From Gammaproteobacteria bacterium (GTDB taxonomy: Bacteria; Pseudomonadota; Gammaproteobacteria; GCA-001735895), in NCBI GenBank assembly GCA_041569645.1, contig JBFFXR010000003.1:1-48263 (forward strand): DNA of 48,263 nt, in the 5' to 3' direction. The position numbers and the translations under genes are program-made. Positions 16,477-26,867 of the stretch are shown here, piece by piece. How positions within the stretch are numbered: position 1 is the first letter of the stretch; every line of letters starts with the position of its first letter. The notes under the pieces are model-generated. The model was not told the origin of the DNA. It did no database searches and saw only the letters and a list, made by a program, of their open reading frames with translations.

Positions 16477-19014
16477 CTAAGCTTTCGAGCCTGCACGCTT
16501 CTCGATAAATACGGGTTGCGGCATCGCGATCCCGTAACCTTGCGCATAATCGACGCCGATCGACCTGACCCTTTCGAGTATCTCGCCATTTTCGACGAAT
16601 TCGGCGATCGTGCGCTTGCCCATCACGTGGCCGATGTCGTTGATCGACTTGACCAGCTCGAAATTGATTCGGTCGGCAACCATATCACGCACGAAAAAAC
16701 CGTCGATTTTCAGGAAATCGACCGGCAGCGTCTTGAGATAGGCAAACGACGACAGGCCGCTGCCGAAATCGTCCAGCGCAAAGAAACAGCCGCGCTCGCG
16801 CAACTGGCCGATGAAATGCGTCGCCCTCGTCAGATTGGCGATCGCCGCGGTTTCGGTAATCTCGAAACAGATCCGCCGCGCGTCGATCATGCTGCTCTCG
16901 ACCGCGCCAACGACAAAACGCAGAAAATCCTCGTTGGCGATCGACATGCCGGACAAATTGATCGTGCAGTGTACCTCCGGCTTGGCAACCAGCCAATCGA
17001 GCGTCGCGTTGAAGACGAAGGTATCGAGCTGGGTCGCGAGGTTGAAGCGTTCGGCCGTCGGCATGAACAGTCCCGGCAGCACCGGAAAACCGTTCTCGTC
17101 GATCATCCGGACCAGCACCTCGCAGTGATAAACGTCCTGCGGCAGATCGGGATTGAGCGGCTTGATCAATTGCTGATACAGCGTGAAGCGGCCCTCGTCG
17201 AAGGCATTGTTGATCTCGACGACGCGCTGCATTTCCTGGTGCCGCTGGGCGACCTCGAAATTGTCGGCGCTGTAGATGTGAATCCGGTTGCGGCCGGCGT
17301 CCTTGGCAGCGTAGCAGGCGGCGTCGGCCGAGCGCATGACGTTGGCGACGTTGCCGCTGGAAAAGTCGATCGGAATCACGCCAATACTCGCGCCGAGCCT
17401 GAAATTACGCCCGCCCCACATGAAGCGAAATTCGTCGATCTCCTCGCGCACGGTTTCGGCGACGCGGTTCGCCTGCTGCAACGTGCAGCGCTCGAGCAGC
17501 AGGCCGAACTCGTCGCCGCCGAGGCGGGCGATCGTATCGCGCTTGCGCAGCTTGTCCTTGAGCAGGGCCGCGATCTGGCGCAGCAGTTCGTCGCCGGCAT
17601 CGTGACCGCAGGTATCGTTGACGACCTTGAACTGGTCGAGATCGATATAGCACAGCGCATGTTTGCTGTCGTCGTCGCGACAGCTCTTGACGACGCGCGC
17701 AAGGCGCAGCTCGAATTCGCGCCGGTTGACGAGGCCGGTCAGCGGATCGTGAGACGCCTGGTAGGATAGCTGTTGCGACAGCAAATAGGATTCGGTGATG
17801 TCGATGCCGGTACCGCGGTAACCGATGAATTCGCCGTTTTCGTCGAATTTCGGCTTGCCGCTGATGCGCACGACGACGTCCGAACCGTCGGCACGCGGGA
17901 ACGAGTATTCGAAGTTGTAAAACGGCTCGTGGGCATCGAGCCTGGCCTGGAATCGCTGCCATTTTTCGGACTGGAAATTTTCCCCTCGCACGACTTCCTG
18001 GCGCGTCTTGCCGATCATGCGGTCGGCTTCCATGCGGAAAAAATTCGGGTAATTGCCGGACAAATAGGTAAAGCGGAAACTCGCGTCCTGCTCCCAGAAC
18101 CAGTCGGCGCCGGTCTCGGCGAAATCGCGCAGCCGCTCCTCGCTCTCCTTGAGCGCTCTTTCGGCGAGATGCTGCTCGGTGATGTCGCGCGCATGGACGA
18201 TCAGGCTGGCGCCGCTATCGCCGCCGAGTTCGCGCACGCATTGCCGCGTCATGTCGAGAACGCGGATGCCGCCGTCCTTGTGCACGTAGCGATAAATACC
18301 GCTGACAACGCGGCCGGGATTGTCAAAAGCGTCGCGCGATGCCTGCTCGATGCGTCCACGGTCCTCGGCTACGGCCAGGCTTCTGGCATCGGCGCTCTCG
18401 AGTTCGTCAACGCGATAGCCGAGGATTTTTTCGACCGAGTCGTTGAGAAATTTTATTTCGCCGTCGGCGCCGACGATGCAGACGATATCGGTCACGTGGT
18501 TGATGATCGTGCGAAAACGGTTTTCGCTTTCGATCAACTGCTGCTGCGCGAGCATCGCCTCGGTGATGTCGCTGCCGACGCCGCGATAACCGAGAAACCG
18601 GCCCTGCAAATCGAACAGCGGCTTGCCACGGGTGCGCAGAATGCGCGTCTCGCCGTCGTCGCGGGTTAGCGACCAGACCATCGAGTAGGTCAAACGCTCG
18701 CGCAGAGCCTCGCCGACGCGTTCCCATTTGTGAGAATCGTCGATGTACCCGGCGAAAGCCTGCTCGCGGGTCTTGCCGAGCACGCTTTCGATCTTGAGGC
18801 CGGTAATCTTTTCGAACGGCGCCGACAGGTAGGTAAAACGCAGCCCGGCGTCCATTTCCCAGAACCAGTCCGCGGCCAGCATCGCGATATCGCTGAAGCG
18901 ACCAAGCACCTGCTCTTCGCCTTCTACGTCGCGTCCGGGTGAAATCGAGCCCTCGTTTGCCGCCGGCGTTTCGCTTGCCAGCGCGTCCTTTTCGCTTATA
19001 ACCTGGTTTTTCAT
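16477..19014 (-). CDS. PAS-PAS-PAS-GGDEF-EAL cyclic-di-GMP signalling protein
   Basis: Three PAS repeats (DWFWE...GYRG). HDPLTGLVNRR, RxxD I-site plus GGDEF, EVLVRM, DDFGSGLSS and QGY motifs. Alternative start at 19041. Confidence 0.9.
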   Translation of the reverse strand: MKNQVISEKDALASETPAANEGSISPGRDVEGEEQVLGRFSDIAMLAADWFWEMDAGLRFTYLSAPFEKITGLKIESVLGKTREQAFAGYIDDSHKWERVGEALRERLTYSMVWSLTRDDGETRILRTRGKPLFDLQGRFLGYRGVGSDITEAMLAQQQLIESENRFRTIINHVTDIVCIVGADGEIKFLNDSVEKILGYRVDELESADARSLAVAEDRGRIEQASRDAFDNPGRVVSGIYRYVHKDGGIRVLDMTRQCVRELGGDSGASLIVHARDITEQHLAERALKESEERLRDFAETGADWFWEQDASFRFTYLSGNYPNFFRMEADRMIGKTRQEVVRGENFQSEKWQRFQARLDAHEPFYNFEYSFPRADGSDVVVRISGKPKFDENGEFIGYRGTGIDITESYLLSQQLSYQASHDPLTGLVNRREFELRLARVVKSCRDDDSKHALCYIDLDQFKVVNDTCGHDAGDELLRQIAALLKDKLRKRDTIARLGGDEFGLLLERCTLQQANRVAETVREEIDEFRFMWGGRNFRLGASIGVIPIDFSSGNVANVMRSADAACYAAKDAGRNRIHIYSADNFEVAQRHQEMQRVVEINNAFDEGRFTLYQQLIKPLNPDLPQDVYHCEVLVRMIDENGFPVLPGLFMPTAERFNLATQLDTFVFNATLDWLVAKPEVHCTINLSGMSIANEDFLRFVVGAVESSMIDARRICFEITETAAIANLTRATHFIGQLRERGCFFALDDFGSGLSSFAYLKTLPVDFLKIDGFFVRDMVADRINFELVKSINDIGHVMGKRTIAEFVENGEILERVRSIGVDYAQGYGIAMPQPVFIEKRAGSKA

Positions 19015-19175
19015 TACGTCCGTGGCAGCCAAAATCGCCACATTCGGCCAAGTCTAGGGTTTCGCGGCGAGATGTCCAGCTTCGCGCGCTCGCGGCGATC
19101 GGACAATATCGACCGGAAATCGCTTCGTTCGCCGCGGGATTGCGGTAGACTGCCTCGATTTGCCGGGGATTCGCC

Positions 19176-20369
19176 TTGTCGCAACCGATCGAGGTCAGCC
19201 TGACGCACGCGCGCATCGAGCGCGCCGAATCGCTGACGACTTACCCTTCCCGTCTCGAGCATATCATCGGTCTCGACGCTGCGCGCAGGGCGCAGGACGA
19301 GATCTCGCGCTGGCCAGGCTACCGCCCGACTCCGCTGCACGATCTCAGGGCGGTCGCCGGGCGCTGCGGCGTCGAGCGCATCTGGTACAAGGACGAGTCG
19401 GCGCGTTTCGAATTGAAGAGTTTCAAGGCGCTCGGCGGCGCCTACGCGGTCATGCAGGTGCTGCGCGAGGCGGTGCGCAACGAACTCGGCGTCGACGCGA
19501 CGCTCGACGACCTGCTCCGCCAGCGGTACGCCGATGTCGTCGCGCGTCACGTCATCAGTTGCGCTACCGACGGAAATCACGGTCGCTCGGTGGCCTGGGG
19601 CTGCCGCCTGTTCGGCTGTCGCTGCGTCATCTACATCCATCGCGACGTATCGCCGGGACGCGAGCAGGCGATGCGCGATTTCGGCGCCGAGATCGTGCGC
19701 ATCGACGGCAACTATGACGATTCGGTGCATATCGCCGCTGACGAGGCCCGCGTGCAGGGCCGCATCATCGTTTCGGACACGAGCTACCCTGGCTACCTCG
19801 ACATTCCGCGCCATGTAATGCTGGGTTACACGGTCATGCTGGCGGAAGCGGTCGCGCAAATGGACGGCGCGATTCCGACCCACGTGTTCGTGCAGGGCGG
19901 CGTCGGTGGTCTCGCGGCGACGGTTTGCGGCTATTTCTGGGCCTGGTGGGGAGAGCGACGGCCGCGCCTCGTCGTGGTCGAGCCGGAAAATGCCAATTGC
20001 CTGCAGCAATCGGCGCGCGCCGGCCATCCGGTGGTCGTCGAAGGCGATCTCGAAACCTTGATGGCGGGCCTGTCCTGCGGCGAGGTTTCCGAGCTGGCAT
20101 GGGAAATTCTCGCCCTCGGCGCCGACGATTTCCTGACCGTCGGCGAGGCGGCGGTCGCGCCGACGATGCGCCTGCTGGCGACCGGCGAACCGCCGATCGA
20201 AGCCGGCGAATCGGCGGTCGCCGGGCTTGCCGCGTTGCTCGCGGCGCGCGCCGAACCGCGCCTTTGGGACGACCTCGGACTTAGCGCCGAAAGCCGCGTT
20301 TTCGTCATCGGCACCGAGGGCGCGACCGACCCGGAACTCTATCACCGGCTGGTCGACAGCGCGGCATGA
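19176..20369 (+). CDS. dpaL: diaminopropionate ammonia-lyase (PLP fold type II)
   Basis: YKDESARFELKSFKALGG, CATDGNHGRSVAWG, VSDTSYPGY, QGGVGG, MAGLSCGE and GTEGATDP motifs. TTG start. Confidence 0.85.
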   Translation: MSQPIEVSLTHARIERAESLTTYPSRLEHIIGLDAARRAQDEISRWPGYRPTPLHDLRAVAGRCGVERIWYKDESARFELKSFKALGGAYAVMQVLREAVRNELGVDATLDDLLRQRYADVVARHVISCATDGNHGRSVAWGCRLFGCRCVIYIHRDVSPGREQAMRDFGAEIVRIDGNYDDSVHIAADEARVQGRIIVSDTSYPGYLDIPRHVMLGYTVMLAEAVAQMDGAIPTHVFVQGGVGGLAATVCGYFWAWWGERRPRLVVVEPENANCLQQSARAGHPVVVEGDLETLMAGLSCGEVSELAWEILALGADDFLTVGEAAVAPTMRLLATGEPPIEAGESAVAGLAALLAARAEPRLWDDLGLSAESRVFVIGTEGATDPELYHRLVDSAA

Positions 20370-21535
20370 CCACCGCGCCGTCACGGGGTTTCGCCGAGGC
20401 GGAGTTCGCCACGCGCTGCGCCCGCGCGCAAGAGCAAATGCGCGACGCCGAGCTCGACGCGCTGTTGCTGACGACCGAGGCGCAGGTTCGTTACTTCAGC
20501 GGGTTTCTCAGCCAGTTCTGGCACAGTCCGACGCGCCCGTGGTTTTTGCTGTTGCCGCTGGCCGGCAAACCCGTCGCGGTAATCCCGACGATCGGCGCCG
20601 CCGGCATGCGCGCCACCTGGATCGACGATATTCGCTGCTGGGCTTCGCCGGCTCCCGACGACGACGGCGTCAGCCTGCTCGCGGCAACCATCGACGATTT
20701 GCCGCGCCGCTTCGGCCGCGTCGGCCTGGCGCTCGGGATCGAGTCCCATCTGCGCATGCCGGCGCAGGATTTCGCCCGCGTCGGCACCGCGCTGCCGTCG
20801 ATCGAATGGGTCGACTGCGCGCTGCTGCTGCATCGCCTCATGAGCGTCAAATCCGACGCCGAGATTGCCAAGATCCGCTACGTCTGCGAACTGACCTCCG
20901 ACAGTTTCGCCGCGCTGCCCGAGTTCGCTGCCGCGGGCGACAGCGAGCGCGACATCGTGCGCCGCATGCGCATCGACCTGCTCGAGCGCGGCGCCGACCA
21001 TACTCCGTACATCGTCGCCGCATCGGGTCCCGACGGTTACGACGACATCATCATGGGGCCGACCGATCGCGTGCCGTCCGCCGGCGACATTCTGATCATC
21101 GACACCGGTACCGTGTTCGATGGTTATTTTTGCGACTTCGACCGCAACTTCGGCTTCGATCACGCGTCTGATCTGGCGAGGCGTGCCTACGCGGCGCTCT
21201 ATGAGGCAACCGAAGCCGGCCTCGCCGCGGCCCGGCCCGGAGCGACCACCGCCGAGGTCTGGCGCGCGATGTGGCGCGTGCTGGAGGCGGCCGGCGCGAC
21301 CGGCAACGAGGTCGGGCGAATGGGCCACGGACTCGGTGCGCAGTTGACCGAGTGGCCGTCGCTCGCGGCGCATGACCGCACGCCGCTCGAGGTCGGTATG
21401 GTGATCACGCTCGAGCCGGGCATGAGCTATGCTCCAGGCAAGATGATGGTTCACGAGGAGAACATTCTCGTGACCGACGGCGAGGCCGTACTATTGAGCA
21501 AACGCGCGCCGGCCGAATTGCCGATCGTCGACTGA
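20366..21535 (+). CDS. M24 family hydrolase (Xaa-Pro peptidase/creatinase/ectoine-hydrolase fold)
   Basis: Creatinase-like N-domain. IDTG..FDGYFCDFDR, GHGLG, TLEPG and VHEEN motifs. ATGA overlap with dpaL. Confidence 0.8.
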   Translation: MTTAPSRGFAEAEFATRCARAQEQMRDAELDALLLTTEAQVRYFSGFLSQFWHSPTRPWFLLLPLAGKPVAVIPTIGAAGMRATWIDDIRCWASPAPDDDGVSLLAATIDDLPRRFGRVGLALGIESHLRMPAQDFARVGTALPSIEWVDCALLLHRLMSVKSDAEIAKIRYVCELTSDSFAALPEFAAAGDSERDIVRRMRIDLLERGADHTPYIVAASGPDGYDDIIMGPTDRVPSAGDILIIDTGTVFDGYFCDFDRNFGFDHASDLARRAYAALYEATEAGLAAARPGATTAEVWRAMWRVLEAAGATGNEVGRMGHGLGAQLTEWPSLAAHDRTPLEVGMVITLEPGMSYAPGKMMVHEENILVTDGEAVLLSKRAPAELPIVD

Positions 21536-21550
21536 ACCACGAGGGAATCG

Positions 21551-22060
21551 ATGTTGACCCTATTTGTCCGACTGAGCCGACAACGTCGTTACTGGCTGGT
21601 CCTGGTGCTCGGCGGGCTGGCGCTTGAAGGCGCCGCACTCTACTACCAGTACGCGCGCGACGAATGGCCTTGCGCGCTGTGCATCCACGTCCGCATCTGG
21701 GTTGCCGCCTTCATCCTGATCGGCATCGCCGGGATGTTCGCGACCGCGTCGGCGGCGGCGAGTCGCGTGCTGCATGGTCTCAATCTCATCGTCATGCTGG
21801 GACTCGCCGAGCGCAGCTACCAGGTGCTCGCGGTCGAGCGCGGCTGGACCTTCGGTGACTGCGCGATGGAACTCGGCATGCCCACATGGTTCGCGCTCGA
21901 CAAGTGGATGCCCTGGTTGTTCGAGGTGCAGACCACCTGCGGCTACAGTCCCTACATCATCGGCCAGATCACGATGGCCGAGATGCTGCTGGTAATTTCC
22001 GCGCTGCTGGTATTGACAAGCGCGGCGGTTTTCACCGCCAGCTGGCTGCACGATTACTGA
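21551..22060 (+). CDS. dsbB: disulfide bond formation protein DsbB
   Basis: Four TM segments, PCALCIHVR and a second Cys pair (GDC...TTC) around W..LDKWMPWLF. Confidence 0.8.
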   Translation: MLTLFVRLSRQRRYWLVLVLGGLALEGAALYYQYARDEWPCALCIHVRIWVAAFILIGIAGMFATASAAASRVLHGLNLIVMLGLAERSYQVLAVERGWTFGDCAMELGMPTWFALDKWMPWLFEVQTTCGYSPYIIGQITMAEMLLVISALLVLTSAAVFTASWLHDY

Positions 22061-22086
22061 CGACCGTCGATAAATTCCTCGCACGA

Positions 22087-22674
22087 TCAAGGATTCAGCG
22101 AGGATTCGTTCAGTTCGAGCCACTGCAGCGCGATGATCGTTGCCGACGAGCGAATTCGGCCATCGCGCACCCAGCCGAAGGCCTCGGCCGCATCTAGCGT
22201 CGTGACGCGAATGTCTTCGTGCTCTTCGGCGAGACCGTGAATCCCGCCGACGCCATCGCTGTCGATGAGGCCGCAGAACAGGCTGCACAACTCGGTCGTG
22301 CCGCCGGGGCTGACGTAATAACGGCTGATCGGGATCAGGCGCTCGACTTCGCAGCCGGCTTCTTCGTGACATTCGCGCCGCGCTACCTGCTCCTCGGTCT
22401 CGCCGGGATCGATGATTCCGGCGACGCTTTCGATCAGCCAGGGCGTCTCGGCATCGTGGATCGCGCCGGCGCGAAACTGCTCGATCAGCACGACTTTCCG
22501 GCGCCGCGGGTCGTAGGGCAGCACCGCGACCACGCCGCCGCGCTCGAACAGCTCGCGGATGAACAGCGGGCTCATGCCGCCTTCGTAGAGTTCGTGCGAA
22601 ACCTCGTACTCGTCGAGACGAAAATATTTTTCGTAGAGCGTGCGCTGCCGCGCGAGCCGCCAGCGGTATTTCAT
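22087..22674 (-). CDS. nudF: ADP-ribose pyrophosphatase (Nudix)
   Basis: RELFERG, VLPYDP, LIEQFR, Nudix box AGIIDPGETEEQVARRECHEEAG, SPGG and GLAEEHEDIRV motifs. Confidence 0.85.
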   Translation of the reverse strand: MKYRWRLARQRTLYEKYFRLDEYEVSHELYEGGMSPLFIRELFERGGVVAVLPYDPRRRKVVLIEQFRAGAIHDAETPWLIESVAGIIDPGETEEQVARRECHEEAGCEVERLIPISRYYVSPGGTTELCSLFCGLIDSDGVGGIHGLAEEHEDIRVTTLDAAEAFGWVRDGRIRSSATIIALQWLELNESSLNP

Positions 22675-23411
22675 CGCTCACGCTCCGCGAGCAGCGCCTC
22701 GACACGCGCGAGATCGGCCTCGGTATCGACGCCAGGTCCCGGCACTTCGCTCGCCACCGCGGTCTGAATGCGATAGCCATGCACCAGCGCGCGCAACTGC
22801 TCGAGCGATTCGGCCAGCTCCAGCGCGGCCGGCGGAAGCGCGCTAAAGGTCGCGAGGAAACCGACGCGGTAGGCATAGATGCCGATATGCCCGCAATAAG
22901 CGGGTTCGGGCCCGCCCCGATGGAACGGAATCGGCGCGCGGCTGAAATACAGCGCGCGGCCACCGGTATCGTGAACCAGCTTGACGAGATTCGGGTCCTG
23001 CGCCGCGGTCGCCGACACTGCCTTGTGCAGCGTCGCGATGTCGCAATCGTGGCTGCCGAGTAACCCGGCAACCTGGACGAGGTTGGCGGCCGGCATCAGC
23101 GGTTCGTCACCCTGCAGGTTGACGACGATGTCGTCGGCCGCCCAGCCCAGTGTTTTTGCCACCTCGAGTATCCGGTCGCTACCGCTCTGGTGAGCCGGGT
23201 CGGTCAGGCAGGCGACGCCGCCGAAGGCTTCCACCCGGTCGGCGATGCGCGCGTCGTCGGTCGCGACGATGACCTCGCGCGCGCGAGCCTCGCGCGCGGC
23301 GGCGCACACCCATTCGATCATCGGTTTACCGCAAATCTCGCGCAGCGGTTTACCGGGCAGGCGTTGCGACGCGTAGCGCGCCGGAATGACGATGCGGAAC
23401 TCGCCGTCCAC
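22671..23411 (-). CDS. kdsB: 3-deoxy-manno-octulosonate cytidylyltransferase
   Basis: IPARYASQRLPGKPL, VNLQGDEP, ALYFSRAPIP, HIGIYAYR and ESLEQLRAL motifs. Confidence 0.93.
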   Translation of the reverse strand: MDGEFRIVIPARYASQRLPGKPLREICGKPMIEWVCAAAREARAREVIVATDDARIADRVEAFGGVACLTDPAHQSGSDRILEVAKTLGWAADDIVVNLQGDEPLMPAANLVQVAGLLGSHDCDIATLHKAVSATAAQDPNLVKLVHDTGGRALYFSRAPIPFHRGGPEPAYCGHIGIYAYRVGFLATFSALPPAALELAESLEQLRALVHGYRIQTAVASEVPGPGVDTEADLARVEALLAERER

Positions 23412-23415
23412 GTCC

Positions 23416-23604
23416 CTACTTCAGGGCTTCGACTTCTTCGCTGCTGAGCTCGCGGGCTTCCTCGGGCAGCATGATCGGGATACCGTCGCGGATCGGGTAA
23501 GCCAGGCGCGACCCGCGCGAGATCAGTTCCTGACGTTGCTTGTCGTATATCAGCGGGCCCTTGGTCACCGGGTCCACGAGAATGTCCAGCAGGTGTTTAT
23601 CCAT
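23416..23604 (-). CDS. ycaR: Trm112/YcaR family protein
   Basis: [14 protein letters not shown]...[13 protein letters not shown], in the conserved position between lpxK and kdsB. Confidence 0.88.
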   Translation of the reverse strand: MDKHLLDILVDPVTKGPLIYDKQRQELISRGSRLAYPIRDGIPIMLPEEARELSSEEVEALK

Positions 23605-26443
23605 GGTGTCGGCTCTTGACCAGTTCGAGTATTCGTTCGCCGAGCTCGGTACCGAGCTCGAGCACCAGCGGCACCACCCAGATGTTGTCGCGGGCGATGG
23701 CCTTCAATTTTACCGCATCCTTGTGGGTGACCAGAATCGGCAACTCCGGCTTCAGGTCGAGATCGGTCGCGCTGTATTCGTGGTGGTCGGGAAACTCGTG
23801 CTCGAGCGCGTCAACGCCCATTTGCGCGAGACTGGCGAAGAATATCTCCGGAAAGCCGATGCCGGCCACCGCGTGTACCTGGCGACCGCGAAATTCGGCG
23901 ATCGGGCGTTGCTCTTCCGGCCGGCTCAGATTCCAGACTTCGCCCAGCGATTCGACCACCTGGTCGCTGTCGCGATCGATCAGGATATCGACCCGTTGCA
24001 GGCGGCGGCGCGGCTCGCGCAACGGGCCGGCGGGAATCATCAGGCCGTTGCCGAGCGACAGGAATCGGCACACCGCGATTTCGATATCGCGCCCGAGCGC
24101 GTAGTGCTGCAGGCCGTCGTCGGACAGGATCACGTCGGTGTCGGCGAAACGCTCGAGTATCTGCCGCGCCGCGCCGACGCGATTGGAGCCGACGCCGATC
24201 GGGCAACGGCAAATCTCCGACATCATGTTGGCCTCGTCGCCGGCATCGGGATCGGTGATACCTTCGTGCAGAATCTGGATGCGGTGCTCGTGGCCACTCT
24301 TGTAGCCGCGGGTCACGATCGCAGGGCGGTAACCGTGCTGGCGCAACAGCTGGTAGAGTGCGACGACGACCGGGGTTTTGCCGTTGCCGCCGAGCGTGAT
24401 GTTGCCGACGACTATTGTCGTTACCGGCAGTCGGGTGGTTCGCAACAGGCCGAGACGATAAGCGAAGCGACGCAGCCCGACCGCGACATAGAACAACAGC
24501 GACAGCGGCATCAGGGACACCGACAGCGGGTTGATCGACCACAGCCACCAGCCCTGACGGCGTTCGCCGCCGAGGTTGATCCAGTTGCGCATCAGCGCCT
24601 TGTTCAGCACCGCCGGGCGCGGTAGCCTCGCGCGCTCCGACGGCGGCGGCAGTGCGTCGGCCGGGCTGTCGCGAAACTGCATCGCGTGCAGCTTGGCGTA
24701 GAGGCCGTCGCGCGCGAGCAGTTCGGCGTGCGTGCCCTGTTCGATGACCCGGCCCTTGTCCATGACGACGATGCGGTCGGCGTGCTCGATCGTCGAAAGT
24801 CGATGGGCGATGACCAGCGTCGTGCGGTCCTGCATCAGGTCTTCCATCGCGCGCTGGATGTAGCGCTCCGATTCGGTGTCGAGCGCCGAGGTTGCCTCGT
24901 CGAGGATCAGGATCGGTGCGTTCTTCAACAAGGCCCGTGCGATCGCGATGCGCTGGCGCTGGCCGCCGGACAGCAGCACGCCGCGTTCGCCGACCTCGGT
25001 ATCGAGTCCGCCGGGCATTTTTTCGATGAATTCCCAGGCGTAGGCGCGCCGCGCGGCTTCGATGATTTGCGCCTCGTCGACACTGTCGGCGACCCCGTAG
25101 GCGATGTTGTTGCGGATCGTATCGTTGAACAGGCGAACATCCTGGCCGACGTAGGCGATCTGGCGACGCAGATCGCGCAGGCGATAGCTATCCAGGCGCT
25201 TGCCGTCGAGTCGCACTTCGCCGGCGTTGTACTCGTAGAGCCGAGGTATCAGGTTGACCAGGCTCGACTTGCCGCTACCCGACCGGCCGACAATCGCAAC
25301 CGTCTGATTGGGTTCGACGTCGAAACTGATTTCGTCGAGCACGCGGGCGTCGCTGTTGCGGTAGCACATGACGACCCGGTCGAAACTGAGCCGCCCTTCG
25401 GCGCGCTCGAGCGGCTCGCTGCCGCGATCCTGCTCGTCGTTGCGCGACGTGAAGCCGAAGACGCTCTCGCCGGCGGCAATGCCCTTCTGAATGCTGGCAT
25501 TGATCGACGAGAGTACCCGCATCGGCGCGAGCAGCATCGACATCGCGAAAATGAATGACACGAAATCGCCGGTCGAGATGATGCCGCGCATCGACTCGGA
25601 AGTCGCAAACGCGATGATCGCGGCGAAGGCGATCGCAACGACCAGCTGAATCAGCGGCATGCTAATCGACTGCGCGATCGACATTTTAAGGTGCAGGCGC
25701 AGGTTTCTATCGTTGACCTGGAAGAACTTGTCGCGTTCGAACGCGTCGCCGCCGAATATCTTGACGACACGGTTGGCGTCAATGACTTCCTGCGCGACCT
25801 GCGTCACGCCACCCATCGATTGCTGGATGTTCCTGCTGATGAGGCGGAAACGCCCCGAGATCCGCACCACGATCAGGAACACGATCGGGCCGGCGACGAG
25901 AAAGATCGCGGTCAGCTGCCAGTTGAGCCAGATCATGTAGCCGAGCAGCGCGATGATCCGCAGGCTGTCCTGGATGAAAACGGTCAGCGACGAGGATACC
26001 GATTTCGCCACCTGCTCGACGTCGTATGAAAATCGCGTCACGATCGCCGCGGTCGACGACTGGTCGTACTCTTCGCTGGACAGCGTCAGCAGTTTTTCGA
26101 ACATCATCGTGCGCAGGCTGTTGATGACACGGCGACCGATGTAATCCATGCAGTAACTGCGCATGAACACCGCGGCCATGCGGACGACGAAAATCGCGAT
26201 GATCGCGAGCGGTATGAGCTTGATGATCAGCGGGTCGCGATCGATAAAGCCTTCGTCCATCAGTGGCTTCATCATGTAGGCGAATGCCGCGTCCGACGCG
26301 GCGAAAATGACCATGCCGAGGATCGCGATCGCGAAATAACCCTTGTGCTGAAAGGCGAGCCCCAGCAGCGCGCGGTAAGCTTTGACCCCGGTCAGATTGC
26401 CTTCGATCGGTTGTATCGACGAATCCCGCTCGCGCACCGGCAT
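23597..26443 (-). CDS. msbA-lpxK: fused lipid A flippase MsbA / tetraacyldisaccharide 4'-kinase LpxK
   Basis: Residues 1 to about 590 form an ABC half-transporter ([31 protein letters not shown]). Residues from about 618 are LpxK ([51 protein letters not shown]). No stop between them. Confidence 0.88.
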   Translation of the reverse strand: MPVRERDSSIQPIEGNLTGVKAYRALLGLAFQHKGYFAIAILGMVIFAASDAAFAYMMKPLMDEGFIDRDPLIIKLIPLAIIAIFVVRMAAVFMRSYCMDYIGRRVINSLRTMMFEKLLTLSSEEYDQSSTAAIVTRFSYDVEQVAKSVSSSLTVFIQDSLRIIALLGYMIWLNWQLTAIFLVAGPIVFLIVVRISGRFRLISRNIQQSMGGVTQVAQEVIDANRVVKIFGGDAFERDKFFQVNDRNLRLHLKMSIAQSISMPLIQLVVAIAFAAIIAFATSESMRGIISTGDFVSFIFAMSMLLAPMRVLSSINASIQKGIAAGESVFGFTSRNDEQDRGSEPLERAEGRLSFDRVVMCYRNSDARVLDEISFDVEPNQTVAIVGRSGSGKSSLVNLIPRLYEYNAGEVRLDGKRLDSYRLRDLRRQIAYVGQDVRLFNDTIRNNIAYGVADSVDEAQIIEAARRAYAWEFIEKMPGGLDTEVGERGVLLSGGQRQRIAIARALLKNAPILILDEATSALDTESERYIQRAMEDLMQDRTTLVIAHRLSTIEHADRIVVMDKGRVIEQGTHAELLARDGLYAKLHAMQFRDSPADALPPPSERARLPRPAVLNKALMRNWINLGGERRQGWWLWSINPLSVSLMPLSLLFYVAVGLRRFAYRLGLLRTTRLPVTTIVVGNITLGGNGKTPVVVALYQLLRQHGYRPAIVTRGYKSGHEHRIQILHEGITDPDAGDEANMMSEICRCPIGVGSNRVGAARQILERFADTDVILSDDGLQHYALGRDIEIAVCRFLSLGNGLMIPAGPLREPRRRLQRVDILIDRDSDQVVESLGEVWNLSRPEEQRPIAEFRGRQVHAVAGIGFPEIFFASLAQMGVDALEHEFPDHHEYSATDLDLKPELPILVTHKDAVKLKAIARDNIWVVPLVLELGTELGERILELVKSRHHG

Positions 26444-26446
26444 GGG

Positions 26447-26863
26447 CTACTCGATCGGGCGCGTGGTCGCGATCGAGACCTGCACCAGTCCGAGCTGGCC
26501 GACGACGTCCATCGCGGTGACCAGCGACTGCACCGGCGAGCCGGCGTCCGACTGGATCAGAATAGGCATTTTCTCGCCATTCATGGCGCGTTCCAGCGCC
26601 GCCCTGAGCGTCGCGCTCTTGCGGTTGACGAGTTCGCGCGAGTTGACGAAGAAGCGGCCATCGGCATCGATGAGCAGGCTGATCTGGCGCGGCGGGCTTT
26701 GTTCTTCGCGCTCGCTGGCCTCGGGCAGGCGGATCTTGAGTTGCGACGTCGTGTCGAAAGTCGTCGACACCATGAAGAAGATCAGCAGCAGGAATACGAC
26801 GTCGATCAACGGCGTCAGATTGATATGGGGATCCTCGTCGCTGCCCGCGCGGTGAAACTTCAT
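26447..26863 (-). CDS. exbD: biopolymer transporter ExbD/TolR family
   Basis: INLTPLIDVVFLLLIFFMVST motif. Confidence 0.85.
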   Translation of the reverse strand: MKFHRAGSDEDPHINLTPLIDVVFLLLIFFMVSTTFDTTSQLKIRLPEASEREEQSPPRQISLLIDADGRFFVNSRELVNRKSATLRAALERAMNGEKMPILIQSDAGSPVQSLVTAMDVVGQLGLVQVSIATTRPIE

Positions 26864-26867
26864 CGGC

